DNA from: Okamejei kenojei
Lineage: Eukaryota
Assembly: GCA_035221665.1 (NCBI GenBank)
Contig: CM069167.1
Coordinates: 8,370,001 to 8,434,000 of the forward strand
Reading direction: 5' to 3'
DNA: 64,000 nt
Position 1 is the stretch's first letter; every line of letters begins with the position of its first letter. The position numbers and the translations under genes are program-made. Shown in pieces: positions 12,480 to 23,399 of the stretch. The notes below the pieces were generated by a model. That model made no database searches, was not told the origin of the DNA, and saw only the letters and a program-made list of their open reading frames with translations.

Positions 12480-12890
12480 GGCCCTTTAAATCCGAGACGA
12501 GGGCAGCGGGGCCTCTGATCACGTGTGTGCTGCGGCCCATTAGTGACATTGACCCCCTGACCCGCAGAACAACGTACCTCCGCTTTCTGCCGCGGTGAAC
12601 CGGCGCTCGCAAGCCTCACGTGAGAATTGTGGAGGTCCCGGTGCCGCCGCCGGCGCCGCCACCGATCACCCTCTCGTCTCCTCTCGGCATCGACAACCCC
12701 TCGGGGGGGCGGGGCGACAGGACCTGTGCGTCATCACGCAACGCGACGCGTGCGTGGTTCGGCACGCATCCCACGCATGCGCCGGTCGAAGATGGGGGGG
12801 TTGCGACATTGTGTGATGACGTCACGAAGAGCCAACGTGGCCGCCATTTTAGTGAGGTCGACTGGACAGAGTGAGGCAGAGAGCGCGCAG
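12480..12890. promoter_or_regulatory. CpG island, probable bidirectional promoter of the ZBTB45-like and THAP7-like genes
   Basis: High CpG density, palindromic CRE/ATF site TGACGTCA near 12817-12824, YY1-type GCCGCCATTTT near 12840-12850, and outward-facing splice donors on both strands (12577 minus, GTGAGG at 12871 plus). Confidence 0.7.
12578..12800 (-). other. Probable non-coding first exon of the ZBTB45-like gene (5' end uncertain)
   Basis: Good donor GAG|gtacgt at 12578/12577 on the minus strand inside the CpG island. The coding exon has an acceptor 28 nt upstream of its ATG, so an upstream exon is needed. Confidence 0.55.
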
Positions 12891-15055
12891 GGAGGGAGGG
12901 AGGGAGGGAAGGAAGGAAGGATAGAGAGAGGGAGGGAGGGAGGGAGGGTGGAGGCTGGCTGGAGGGGAGGGAGAAGGCAGGCAGGAAAGGAGGGAGGGAT
13001 GCTGGCAGGAGGGGAAGAGAACAAGAAAAATAGGAGGGTGAAGGAAGGGAGGATGGGGTGAAGGGAGGATGGGGTGAAGGAGGATGGGGTGATGATGGGT
13101 GAAGGGAGGATGGGGTGAAGGGAGGATGGGGTGAAGGAGGGGAGGATGGGAGAACAGGAGGATGGGAGAAGGGGGTGTAGGAGGAGGGGNNNNNNNNNNN
13201 NNNNNNNNNNNNNNNNNNNNNNNNNNNNNNNNNNNNNNNNNNNNNNNNNNNNNNNNNNNNNNNNNNNNNNNNNNNNNNNNNNNNNNNNNNNNNNNNNNNN
13301 NNNNNNNNNNNNNNNNNNNNNNNNNNNNNNNNNNNNNNNNNNNNNGGGGAGAGGGAGGGGAAGGAGGAAGGGGGAGAGGGAAAGGAGGAGGGGGAGAGGG
13401 AAAAGGAGGAGGGGGAGAGGGAAAGGAGGAGGGAGAGGTGAGGGAGAGGAGGAGAAAGGAGGAAAGGAGGAGGAGGATGGGGGGAAAGGAGGAGGGGGAA
13501 AGGAAGGATGAGGAGGGGGAAAGGATGAGGGGGGGGAAAAGGAGGAGGAGGGGTGAGAAGGAGAGGAGGAGGGAGGAGGGAGGGAAAGGAGGAGGGGGGA
13601 ANNNNNNNNNNNNNNNNNNNNNNNNNNNNNNNNNNNNNNNNNNNNNNNNNNNNNNNNNNNNNNNNNNNNNNNNNNNNNNNNNNNNNNNNNNNNNNNNNNN
13701 NNNNNNNNNNNNNNNNNNNNNNNNNNNNNNNNNNNNNNNNNNNNNNNNNNNNNNNNNNNNNNNNNNNNNNNNNNNNNNNNNNNNNNNNNNNNNNNNNNNN
13801 NNNNNNNNNNNNNNNNNNNNNNNNNNNNNNNNNNNNNNNNNNNNGGGGGAAAGGGGGGGGAGGGAGGGTGGGGGAAGGGGGAGGGGGGGAAGGGGGAAAG
13901 TGGGGGGGAGGGGGTAGGAGGGGGAAAGGGGGAGGAGGGGGAAAGGGGGGAGGAGGAGGAGGAGGAGGGGGAAAGGAGGGGGGGGATGGGGGGAAGGAGG
14001 GGAGGGGAAAGGGAGGAGGAGGGGAGGGGGGGGGAGGGTGGGAGGGGGGGGAGGGGGGAGGAGGGGGAATGGGAGGTGGAGGGTGGTGGGGGGGAGGAGG
14101 GGGGAGGGGGAAGGAGGAGGATGGGGGAAAGGAGGAGGAGGTAATGGGAGGAGGAGGAGAGGAGGAGGAAGAGGAGGGGGGAGAGGAGGAGGGGGAGAGG
14201 AGGAGGGGAGGGTGAGGGATGAGGGGGGAGAGGAAGTGGCGGAGGGGGAGGGAGGGGGAGGGAGGAGGAGGAGGAGGAGGAGGGGGACGGAAGGAAGAGG
14301 AGGAGGAGGTGGGAGGAAAGGAGGAGGAGGAGGGGAAAAAGGAGAGGAGAGGAGGCTGAGGAGGGGGATGAAGGAGGAGGAGGAGGAAGGAGGGGGGACT
14401 GGAGGAGGAGGAGGGGAGGAGGAGGGGGGGGAATGGGGGAAAGGCGGAGGAGGGGGGTAAGGAGGAGGAGGGGGAAGGAGGAGGAGGAGGGGGGGGGGGA
14501 GGAGGNNNNNNNNNNNNNNNNNNNNNNNNNNNNNNNNNNNNNNNNNNNNNNNNNNNNNNNNNNNNNNNNNNNNNNNNNNNNNNNNNNNNNNNNNNNNNNN
14601 NNNNNNNNNNNNNNNNNNNNNNNNNNNNNNNNNNNNNNNNNNNNNNNNNNNNNNNNNNNNNNNNNNNNNNNNNNNNNNNNNNNNNGAGGAGAGGAGGGGA
14701 AAGGAGGAGGGAAAGGAGGAGGTGGAGGGGGAAGGTGGAGGGGGAAAGGAGGAGGGAAAGGAGGAGGGAGGAGGGGGAAGAAGGAGGAGGAGGGGGGAGG
14801 GGGAGGAGGGGGATAAGGAGGGGAAGGTAAGGATGGAGGAGGAGGAGGAGGTGGGGAGGAAAGAGGAGGGGGAGGAGGAGGGTGGAGGGGGAAAAAGGAG
14901 GAAAGGAGGTGGAGGATGGTGGAGGGGGAAAGGGGGAGGAGGAGGTGGAAGGAGAGGAGGAGGAGGAGGAGGAGGGGGGGGGAGGAGGAGGGGGGGAGGG
15001 GACCAGGGAAAGGAGGAGGGGGAAAAGGAGGAGGAGGAGGGGGAAAGGAGGACAG
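12885..15055 (+). repeat. Low-complexity polypurine (G/A) tract with three N gaps
   Basis: Almost only G and A (GGA/GGGA motifs). N runs at about 13190-13345, 13602-13844 and 14506-14685. Confidence 0.95.
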
Positions 15056-15421
15056 AGACCAGACCATGGAGGGGGGGCTTGCGGAGAGCACATGACCTTT
15101 GTCATCATCACCATAGCTCCCCCTCACCCCAAGCCCCCTTCTCTTATCTTTGTCCACCCCTTTCTTCCCGTTTGCTGCCCTTCTCCCCCACACCCCTTTG
15201 GCTGCCTCTCTCTTTCCCACTTTGCTGTCCCCTTGACTCCCTGTCCACTGCCCATGTCTCCCCTCCTCCCTCGCCTTCCCTTTTGGCCTTATGACTACTG
15301 TTGTCTCCTTATCTTGGCTTACCTCTTTAATGGCCAGTTTGGGGAATAGGGAGGGATGTGGAATGATTATGAGACTGAAGGCTTCTGTGGTTTCTCTCAG
15401 GCTGCTCCCAAAGTGCCTGCC

Positions 15422-15501
15422 ATGCCTCGTCACTGCTCTGCTGAGGGATGCAGATCTAGGGACACAAAGGACTCGAGAATTAATGGCATCACCTTTCACA
15501 G
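15422..15501 (+). CDS. THAP7: THAP7-like, coding exon 1 (THAP domain N-terminus)
   Basis: gccATG at 15422 gives [27 protein letters not shown], matching the recalled THAP7 start [27 protein letters not shown]. Acceptor tttctctcag| at 15400, donor AG|gtcagt at 15501/15502. Confidence 0.88.
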
Positions 15502-15610
15502 GTCAGTACAGTAGCACCAGCATGCCTGGCCTAATTCCTCCTCAGTATGCCGGCAATCCTCCCTGTCACACTACTTCAGTATGTTGTTTGATTTGTCTTG
15601 GTTTACACAG

Positions 15611-15766
15611 GTTACCAAAGAAAGGGAAAAGTCAGCGTGAGATCTGGTTGCTGAACTGTTGTCGAAAGAACCTGGATGGGACTGTTCCCTGGACTCCTTC
15701 CTCGCAATTTGTCTATTTCTGCTCAAAGCATTTTGAAAGACAGTGCTTTGAACTTGTGGGACTGAG
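15611..15766 (+). CDS. THAP7: THAP7-like, coding exon 2 (THAP core)
   Basis: acacag|G acceptor. Reads LPKKGKSQREIWLLNCCRKNLDGTVPWTPSSQFVYFCSKHFERQCFELVGL (THAP W and CSxHF motifs). Donor AG|gtaata, 156 nt, phase 2-2. Confidence 0.9.
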
Positions 15767-16796
15767 GTAATATGCAGCATCAGTCTGACTGCTAATAGCT
15801 TAAGTGTTTAAAAAACACGGTAGGTTAGTGGATTGACAGTTCAAGGGGGACTGAAAGCTCAATGGCCGTTTCTGGTCATGTTATTTTAAGTCTTCTTTCC
15901 ACCTCCACACTGGCTTGTCTGTCCAGTACCTTCTCCGTTGCTACTTAGAGGTCAAGCGATAATTAAGAACAATACCTTAAATTCTGCTTGGGTATCTTAC
16001 AACCAAATTTACATGAAAGTGGAATTTTCCAGTTTCAGGCAATGTCCTTTTGTCTCCTTATCTCTAGTCTTTGTCCACCCATCCAAGCATCCACCTATCA
16101 CTTTCAGGCTTTTTCTACCCCCACCTCTCCTCCAGCTTTCACCCTCGTACTACAATCAGCCGAGAGGTATATCAACCTGAAATATCACATATTCATGACC
16201 TCCAGAGAAGCAACCTGGCTCCAGCATGTTTATTTCTATGCAAGATTCCAGCAGCTGCAGTTCTGATGTGTATCCATGCTGCAGTACTCTGTTCCTTACT
16301 CAGATAAAGATGCACAACTCTACCAAAGCTGACATGTCCCTGGTTTCTCCCACATCACCTGGAATCTCCTCGTCCCCAGCTCTCGTTATTCTCCTCTTGT
16401 CCAACAATGGCGTGACAATTACTTTGTGCCTGACCATTCATACTTGGACTTTGATTTCTGACCTCTGAGTCGGGCTCTTCGGCACCCTCTTGTGCGTGTT
16501 GCAGCCCCTCAATTAAACAAAAATCGTCTCGGCGTAATCTGTCCATTTTCAGTCTTGTTCCATGAAGATGACACAAAAGGTCTCGACCCGAAACATCAGC
16601 TATTCTTTTTCTCCAGAGATGCTGCCTGTCCTGCTGAGTTACTCCAGCTTTTTATCTGTCTATCTTTGGTTAAAACCGCATCTGCAGTTCCTTCCTACAC
16701 AGAAGTGTGTTGCAATGTCGTTGTGTTCTAGCCTCTGACGTTCTGTTTGTGGGGAGGTCGTGGTCAGAGTTCATGGTTCACCTTCTGTTTTCGCAG

Positions 16797-16919
16797 TGGT
16801 TATCACCGGCTGCGCGATGACGCGGTCCCCACGTTGTTCCAACCGAGTCCTCGAGGAAAAGTGAAGCCGACTAGAGCAAACAGAGAAAAGGCAGCAGAAC
16901 CAGTGGCCACCAGTGAATG
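16797..16919 (+). CDS. THAP7: THAP7-like, coding exon 3 (AVPTLF box)
   Basis: ttttcgcag|T acceptor. Reads SGYHRLRDDAVPTLFQPSPRGKVKPTRANREKAAEPVATSE. Donor TG|gtgagg, 123 nt, phase 2-2. Confidence 0.88.
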
Positions 16920-17124
16920 GTGAGGGGTTGGTGCTTTAACACTCGATTTTTCACCCAAAATCCTTTGCTCCCTTGCTGGCTCTTAGTGCTTTGAATAGCA
17001 GCAATCAGATGGTCAGTGCTGGAGCAGAGATAATAAGAACCAATGTTCCTAGGCTGGCTGTGTAGCAGAATCAGGTTTTAGTGTTGATGCCTTCTTGAGT
17101 GAATATCATTGAATATTTGCTGTC

Positions 17125-17495
17125 AGCTTTATTCCATGGAGTACAGGAGGCTGAGGGGTGATCTTATGGAGGTGTATAAAATCACGAGAGGAATAAATAG
17201 GGTGAATGTACAGTCTTTTACCCAGAATAGGGGAATCAAGAACCAGAGGGTATAGGTTTAAGGTGAGAGGGGAAAGATTGAGGGGGAACTTTTTCACAGA
17301 CAGGGTGCTAGTTGTATGGAATGAGCTGCCAGAAGAGATTGTTGAGGCAGGTTACTATAACATTTAAAAGGATAGACAGGTAAGTGAAAGGGCATTAATT
17401 TAGAGGAATATATAGGTCAAGGCGGGCAAATGAGACCTGCTTAGAAGGGGGCATCAGGACTCGGCATGGACGAGTTGGGCCCAAAGGGCCTGTTC
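17125..17495 (+). mobile_element. CR1/HER1-type LINE 3' end
   Basis: GGAGGCTGAGGGGTGATCTTAT.GAGGTGTATAAAATC (RRLRGDLxEVYKI), then TGGAATGAGCTGCCAG and AAGGGCCTGTT. Confidence 0.8.
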
Positions 17496-17947
17496 ATCAG
17501 TGAAGGGTCATGGGTGTGCTAATTGTGACGGGGCTGTGTGTCAGGAATATGCACTGGGAAGGGAGAAAATTGGCCTTGTTTGCCCTTGTATGTCTAGGTA
17601 GAGCTTCCCCTGTGTTTAACTCCTTTTGTCCACTCCTACAGTCTCACTAAATGCTGTTTTAACCGTCGTGTTCTCGGGAACCCACGTCCAGTGTTGAGAC
17701 GTGTTCAGCAGTTCCCTGGTGCTTCCACTTTGTCCTAGATTTTCCGATCCCCAGGCGAGGGTGAGTGAACCATTTGGCTCGAGCCATACGCTGCTCACTG
17801 AGGTCCCATGTGCTCGAGTCAGGCTGAGCGGAGGTTCTGTTTTGACCACAGGTTAAGTTACCTGGTGGATACCGTGTCAAAGCAGGGAATTGGAACCAGA
17901 CACGAGAGTGATGAGGAGCCTGCATGACACATCCTGTTTTGTCTCAG

Positions 17948-18355
17948 GCCCGATGTTTTGACAGACCTCCCGGCCCACAGCCAGGAGGAGCTGCACGATT
18001 TTGGGACCCTCATTCCCATCGCGCTGTACATGGCACGCCTTCCCAGTGCGCCCATGAACCCTGGGGCCCACTCCGCGGTCGAGCGAGCTATTTACCGTTT
18101 GAGGCTGCCCGCTGGTTTGGAAGAAGAGAGGCGGAGGTCCTGAACGAGGCCTTTGAGAAGGTCAGCAAGGAGCTGCGGGCCAGTAAGAAGCGCGAGAGCC
18201 GGCTCAGGTCCCGCATCACCTCCTTCCTGAAAGCACGAGGCCGTGGGTGCGGGGGCGGGGGTGAAGCTGGGCTTGGCAACCATCTGGCCGCCTGTGAAGT
18301 GTTTGTGGTCAGTTATTTAAATGATGTGTTGAACTGTGCACAGTGGACATGCTGA
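17948..18355 (+). CDS. THAP7: THAP7-like C-terminal coding region (HCF-1-binding-motif region and coiled coil), frameshifted in this assembly; the exon may start as early as 17642
   Basis: Segments resembling the THAP7 C-terminus lie in three frames: ALYMARLP..GAHSAVE, then SY, then LVWKKR, then AEVLNEAFEKVSKELRASKKRESRLRSRI. Confidence 0.65.
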   Translation, partial: ARCFDRPPGPQPGGAARFWDPHSHRAVHGTPSQCAHEPWGPLRGRASYLPFEAARWFGRREAEVLNEAFEKVSKELRASKKRESRLRSRITSFLKARGRGCGGGGEAGLGNHLAACEVFVVSYLNDVLNCAQWTC

Positions 18356-20702
18356 ACAGAGCCAAAGACCTCCGGATGGTCCCAGGCAATGAAGGTGGAA
18401 GCCGTCACACAAAGAGGTGAGGGTTGGGAGAGGGAGGTGTGCTGGGAGATGAATTGCTCTCAGGGAGGGGGAGAGGACTGAGGAATAATGGGGTTTATGG
18501 GAGGGGAGATGCGTTCTGGTGGGGAGGTAATCAGTGCATGAAGAGGAATGGTTGAGGAGGTGAGAGGGTGGAGAGTGCTAGGATAGGTGGATGGATGGGA
18601 TGGAATCTTCTGGGAGGGACGGAATGGGTTAGGAAGAAGCATGAATTGTGACTGAGTGAAGAGGAGGGAGAGATCGGGTGAGGCAAAGAAGAACGGTGTG
18701 AGATAAGTGGGTATGAGATGTGGAGTGGTAAAGAGACAAGGGAAGAGATTAAATTGGGTGAGGTTGAAGTGGCTGGGCAGGAAATTGAGAGGGAACTATA
18801 TGACAGCAGTGTGTGGTGACAGGCGCCATTGTTCTGAGGCACCAAGATGTACAGGAGGGCATTTGTTCGCAATCAGTTATTGATGTTTGCCTGACATGAA
18901 ATGTAACATTTGAATATGCTACCTTTTTAAAATAAAATAACTTGGATCATTATTATGGAGCACTTCAGTTCTGTAAAACACTGTTAATCACCTTTTGTAG
19001 TTACAAACTTGACTTTTCCTTGATCAGATCTTTTTTCTTATTTGGATCAACAACGTTCAGCATCATTGACCCTGGCTTTTCCCACCATGTGGACGTGTGT
19101 TGGCTTGGGTAGGGTCTGACGATGAAGAATAGGATTTTCCAGGGTGGATTTTCTTTTGTTGCTCTGCCTTGAGGGTATCTTCATTATGTGTAAACAAATT
19201 GGATCTGAGCATAAAGCTGGATTTGTGCAAGGGAAAATTGGGGAGGTAATGGGCAGAGCTGGTGTGCGTGGGGAGCGAGATGAGGGGAAATAGAGCACAG
19301 AACAGACAACAGTACAGCACAGGAACGAGCCCTTTTGCCCACAAGGTTTGTGCCGAGCATGAAGCCTAGTTAAATTGATCTCATCTGCCAGTACATGAAT
19401 CCATACCCCTCTATTCCTTGCACCTCACGTGCTAATAATGGCCTCTTAAACGCCACTTTCGTATCTGCCTCCGCAAGGCAGACTGATGAAATGCTGCAAG
19501 AAACCCGTTTTAAAAAGTGCTGGTGAGTCGCCTTCATTTGGGAGTTCCGCTGATGGTGCTGTGCATCGTTGCTGGGAGAAGGATCGTCTTGGCGTCCTCC
19601 CTGCCGAGACTGGGCACACCACTAATCACTGGGAGTCGGAGAAATGTCAGGCCATCAAAAAAAGTCGCAACATGGCAATGATTAAAATGGCACAACTTCC
19701 CCCCTCCCCCCCCCCCCCCCCCCCCTCCCCCCCCACCGTTGCTGAACAACAATTGACTGTATATTCACTTAACAACAATTGAATTAATTTTTTTTCTGGT
19801 GGAGAACTTTAATACTTTGCTGTAATAGGAAATTTTAGAGCAGATGTCCACAAGTTTGGTCACTAAGGAAGAATTAAGGAGTTTCTTCAGGGAGAGAGAA
19901 TAGTGACATAGGTTTAGGACTGGGAAGGTGATGGGCAAAGCTGGTGGCTGGGGAGCATCGTAAAAGGAAATAGAACATGGAACTGTACAGCACAGGAATG
20001 GGCCCTTTTGCCCACCATGATTGTGCTGAGCATTATGTCTGGTTAAATTTATCTCATCTGCCAGTACATGCTCCATATCCCACTATTCCCTGCACTTCAA
20101 GTGTTATTAAAAGCTCTTTACCATCATTATCGTATTGCTTCTGGCACACCCTTGGCAATGTGTTCACCGTTCCCCCACCTCTCTCTGGGGAAAGAAACCT
20201 TGCCCGCACTTCCCATTAACCGTTCATCTCCCTCCCACCTAGAGCTTTTGCCTCTGCTGTTTGGACATTTCACCTGGGGGAAAAGAGGTTCTGTCTGTCT
20301 TTATCTAAGCGTCTCATATATTTTATATACTTCTAATCGAGTCTTCTCCTCAACTCTGAAATTCTCGAGCAAACACTCCAAGCCCCCCCCTATCCAATCT
20401 TCCGTGTGAAGGATAAGGAGAAAACTGGAAGAAAGTCTGGGCAATGGAATGGAAACGGCTGTGCCTGAGGGACCAGTAATGGGGCAAAATGAAGTCCATA
20501 GACCAAACGGTGGAGGTGGAAGATGGAGGCAATGGTGGAGAAATTTAAAGATGTAGATAATATAAATGAAACAAGGTCTGAGAGGGATGATCGTGGGATT
20601 TGGTCAAGGTATGGGTTGCAGAGAGATGGACATTACATGCGGGTTGGGAGCCTCAAAGGGAAATCAGGAATGGAAAGTTAGAAAAGCAGTAGGAAAAATA
20701 AG

Positions 20703-20960
20703 CAATAGACAATAGGTGTGGGAGTAGGCCATTTGGCCCTTCGAGCCAGCGCCACCATTCAATGTGATCGTGGCTGATCATCCCCAATCAGTATCTCGTT
20801 CCTGCCTTCTCCCCATATCCCCTGACTCCACTATCTTTAAGAGCCCTATCTTGCTCTGTCTTGAAAGTATCCAGAGAACCGGCCTCCACCGCCCACTGAG
20901 GCAGAGAATTCCAGAGACTCACCACTCTCTGTGAGAAAACGTGTTTCCTCATCTCCGTTC
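20703..20960 (-). mobile_element. CR1/HER1-type LINE 3' end
   Basis: Reverse complement of the CR1 tail (GGAGTAGGCCATTTGGCCCTTCGAGCC...GGCAGAGAATTCCA...CACCACTCTCTGTGAGAAAA). Confidence 0.8.
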
Positions 20961-22559
20961 TGCCAGCAGATGTTAAGATAAACTAATTGCTACAGGAATC
21001 AAAGCACTATAAAAAATAAAATGATGCATTTGTAGTGGGACCAAAGGGATTAATGATACTAATAGTAAATAGTTGTAATCTTATTGCCACTGTGAAAATA
21101 TGGATGTACGGTTGGACCACAGTGGGAACTAAACATTCCAGATTATTTGACTTTGGAAGGATAGGCTAAAAAGAGTAGTTGTAGCAATATTAATAAGTGA
21201 GGGGATGAATGTAGTGCTGAGAAATAATCTTACCACGATAGATCAAGACATACCACAAGAATCAATTTGGGTCAGTGCTAAGAAATAGTAAAGGGCTGAA
21301 AATGCTTGTAAGAGCTATTTATAGGCCAATAAGTAGTGGATGTAATATTGGATGTGGAATTAATTAGAAATTAGAGGTATTTGTGAGACAGGAGTAATAC
21401 AGTAATCATGGGAAACTAACCTACGTTTATACTGGATAAATTAAATTTGTTCCAACAGGGTGAAAGGTGAATGCCTAGAATGTTTTTGAGATGCTTTTCT
21501 AAATCAGTATGTTGAAGAGGCAAGTTGGGTAAAGGATATTTTGGATGTTGTTTTGTACAATGAAAAAGGGGCCCATTAAGGAGGAGTGACTGTAATATGA
21601 TAGAATTTGACATTAAGTTTGAAAGCCATGTGGTACAATGCAAAACTAAGATCTTAACTCCAAGCAAAGGAAATTGAGAGCATGAAGGGTAATCGCTGTC
21701 AATGGGTAATAGAATCCAGGGTATGTTAATGTGAATGTATAGAGAATAAAGTGTGACTAATGTAATATTATTGTTTGTCAACATGGTTTTTGAAGGCAAA
21801 AGGGCCAGTTTTGGTATTATATGAATTTTAGGATGATGATCTCACATCAGGAAGTGTTATTCTGACAGTGCAGCTTCCACTTGGTTTCTGTTCTTGAGTA
21901 ACCTTGTAATATTCAATAAAGATCAGGATCTTATCTTTCACTTTCTTTTGCTAACCCAAGATGGCACTTGACAATTTTTTTTTTTTTTTTTCCCAAATTT
22001 GTCTGAGCTTCCACAGCTTCAGTTAACATTAACCTCTTATTTGAATAAACTCTCTAGAGTAGAGGCTCTTCGTAAACCTTCTGGAACTTCAAGTAGTGGT
22101 GTATACAGGTTCTGGGTTCCATACTTAGAGAACAGTATGGAAACCAGAACTGTATCCAACCATTCTAGACTTGTGTACATACCCAAAGAAATAGATTTTT
22201 TTTATATAATGGAGGGGTATGGTCTGAGTGCAGGTAGATGGGACTAGGGGAAAACAAATGGTCGGCACGGACTGGAAGGGCCGAGAGGGCCTGTTTCCGT
22301 GCTGTAATTGTTATATGGTTATATGGTTATATTGGTCCTGGGTAGAGTTTGTATTTTCTCTTTTTGACTGTTTGGGTTTTCCCATGGGTGGTCTGATTTC
22401 CTCCCACATCCTAAAGGTGTGTGGGTTGGTAGTTTACTTGGAAATTGTCCCTTGCGGGTATTAGAATCGGAGGGGAGGGGGGTGTGGAATGAATGTGAAG
22501 CATATGTAAAAAATCGGATTAATCTAAATGTTCATTAATTACTTAAAATTAATGTAAAT

Positions 22560-22755
22560 GAATGAAGTCCAAAGAAGGTTTCCAACCCAAAACCTTACCT
22601 ATCCATATTCTCCGGAGATGCTGCCTGACTGAAGAAGGGTCTCGACCCGAAACGTTGTCTATTCATTCGCTGCAAGATGCTGCCTCACCTGCTGAGTTTC
22701 TCCAGCATTTTTGTCTACCTTTGATTTTTCCAGCATCTGCAGTTCTTTCTTAAAC
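22560..22755 (+). mobile_element. Tandem pair of Penelope-derived terminal repeats
   Basis: Degenerate copy at ~22568, then CTGAAGAAGGGTCTCGACCCGAAACGTT at 22629-22656 and the tail CCAGCATCTGCAGTTCTTTCTT. Confidence 0.75.
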
Positions 22756-22799
22756 ACTGAGATACTCCAGTATTTTGTGCCTATCTTTGGATTAAGATT

Positions 22800-23240
22800 A
22801 ATGTGTGGGCAGGTGCTATAGACCTGCACAGGAAGGGAAGCTCCCGCCCCCCACACCCAACGATGTCTCGGGCAGATGGGCCTCGTCAGCCTGCATGATG
22901 GCCACTAGTCCCATCTAGGAGAGAGACACCTCACTGTCTTGTGGCTATATCCAGTCATGGAAAAGGCTCCAGGTGTAAACCTCAAGAAAATCTGGAGTTG
23001 GAGTCCCTAAGGCAGTTTGTCGTTGGTCTTACAACCTCTCTCCTGGCAGCTCTGTGACGGCGCTGGTGCCAAACTGTAACGGCCCTGCTGTTCCTTTGGA
23101 TCGATCAACGACGTGAAGAGGGGGGGGGGGATGTGCTGCTTGGGCAACAGCCTGTCCTCCATAAGACATCGCCCAGTCTTGCATCCGACCAGGATACATC
23201 ACCCATGGTCAGTCATGACCGAGAGGGGCCTACTACTACT
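22800..23240 (+). mobile_element. RTE-clade-related short element with (TAC)n tail
   Basis: GGGCAGATGGGCCTCGTCAGCC...CCATCTAGGAGA and GGCGCTGGTGCCAAACTGTA resemble RTE 5' UTR motifs. Ends in CTACTACTACT. Confidence 0.5.
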
Positions 23241-23399
23241 TGGATTAATGTGTGGTTGATGGTCGGCATCAACCTGGTGGGCCGAAGGGCCTGTTTCCAT
23301 GCCTTATGACACTGTGACCTTCTGAAATTAGTTGCTCGCAAAGGAACCTAAGCTAGCCGACTATCTAAGAGTGAATAGGATTGATGGTTGGAGAACAAG

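Noticed and set aside
12616-15499. Very long Pro-rich and Gly/Glu-rich ORFs (832 aa, 921 aa and others)
   Set aside because: They arise from the stop-free G/A low-complexity tract and N gaps, with no domain content.
17739-17760. Micro-exon or poison exon before the GTGAGT donor-like site at 17761
   Set aside because: A 6-nt or 22-nt exon is formally possible, but the region is indel-prone and may lie inside the true last exon. There is no independent support.
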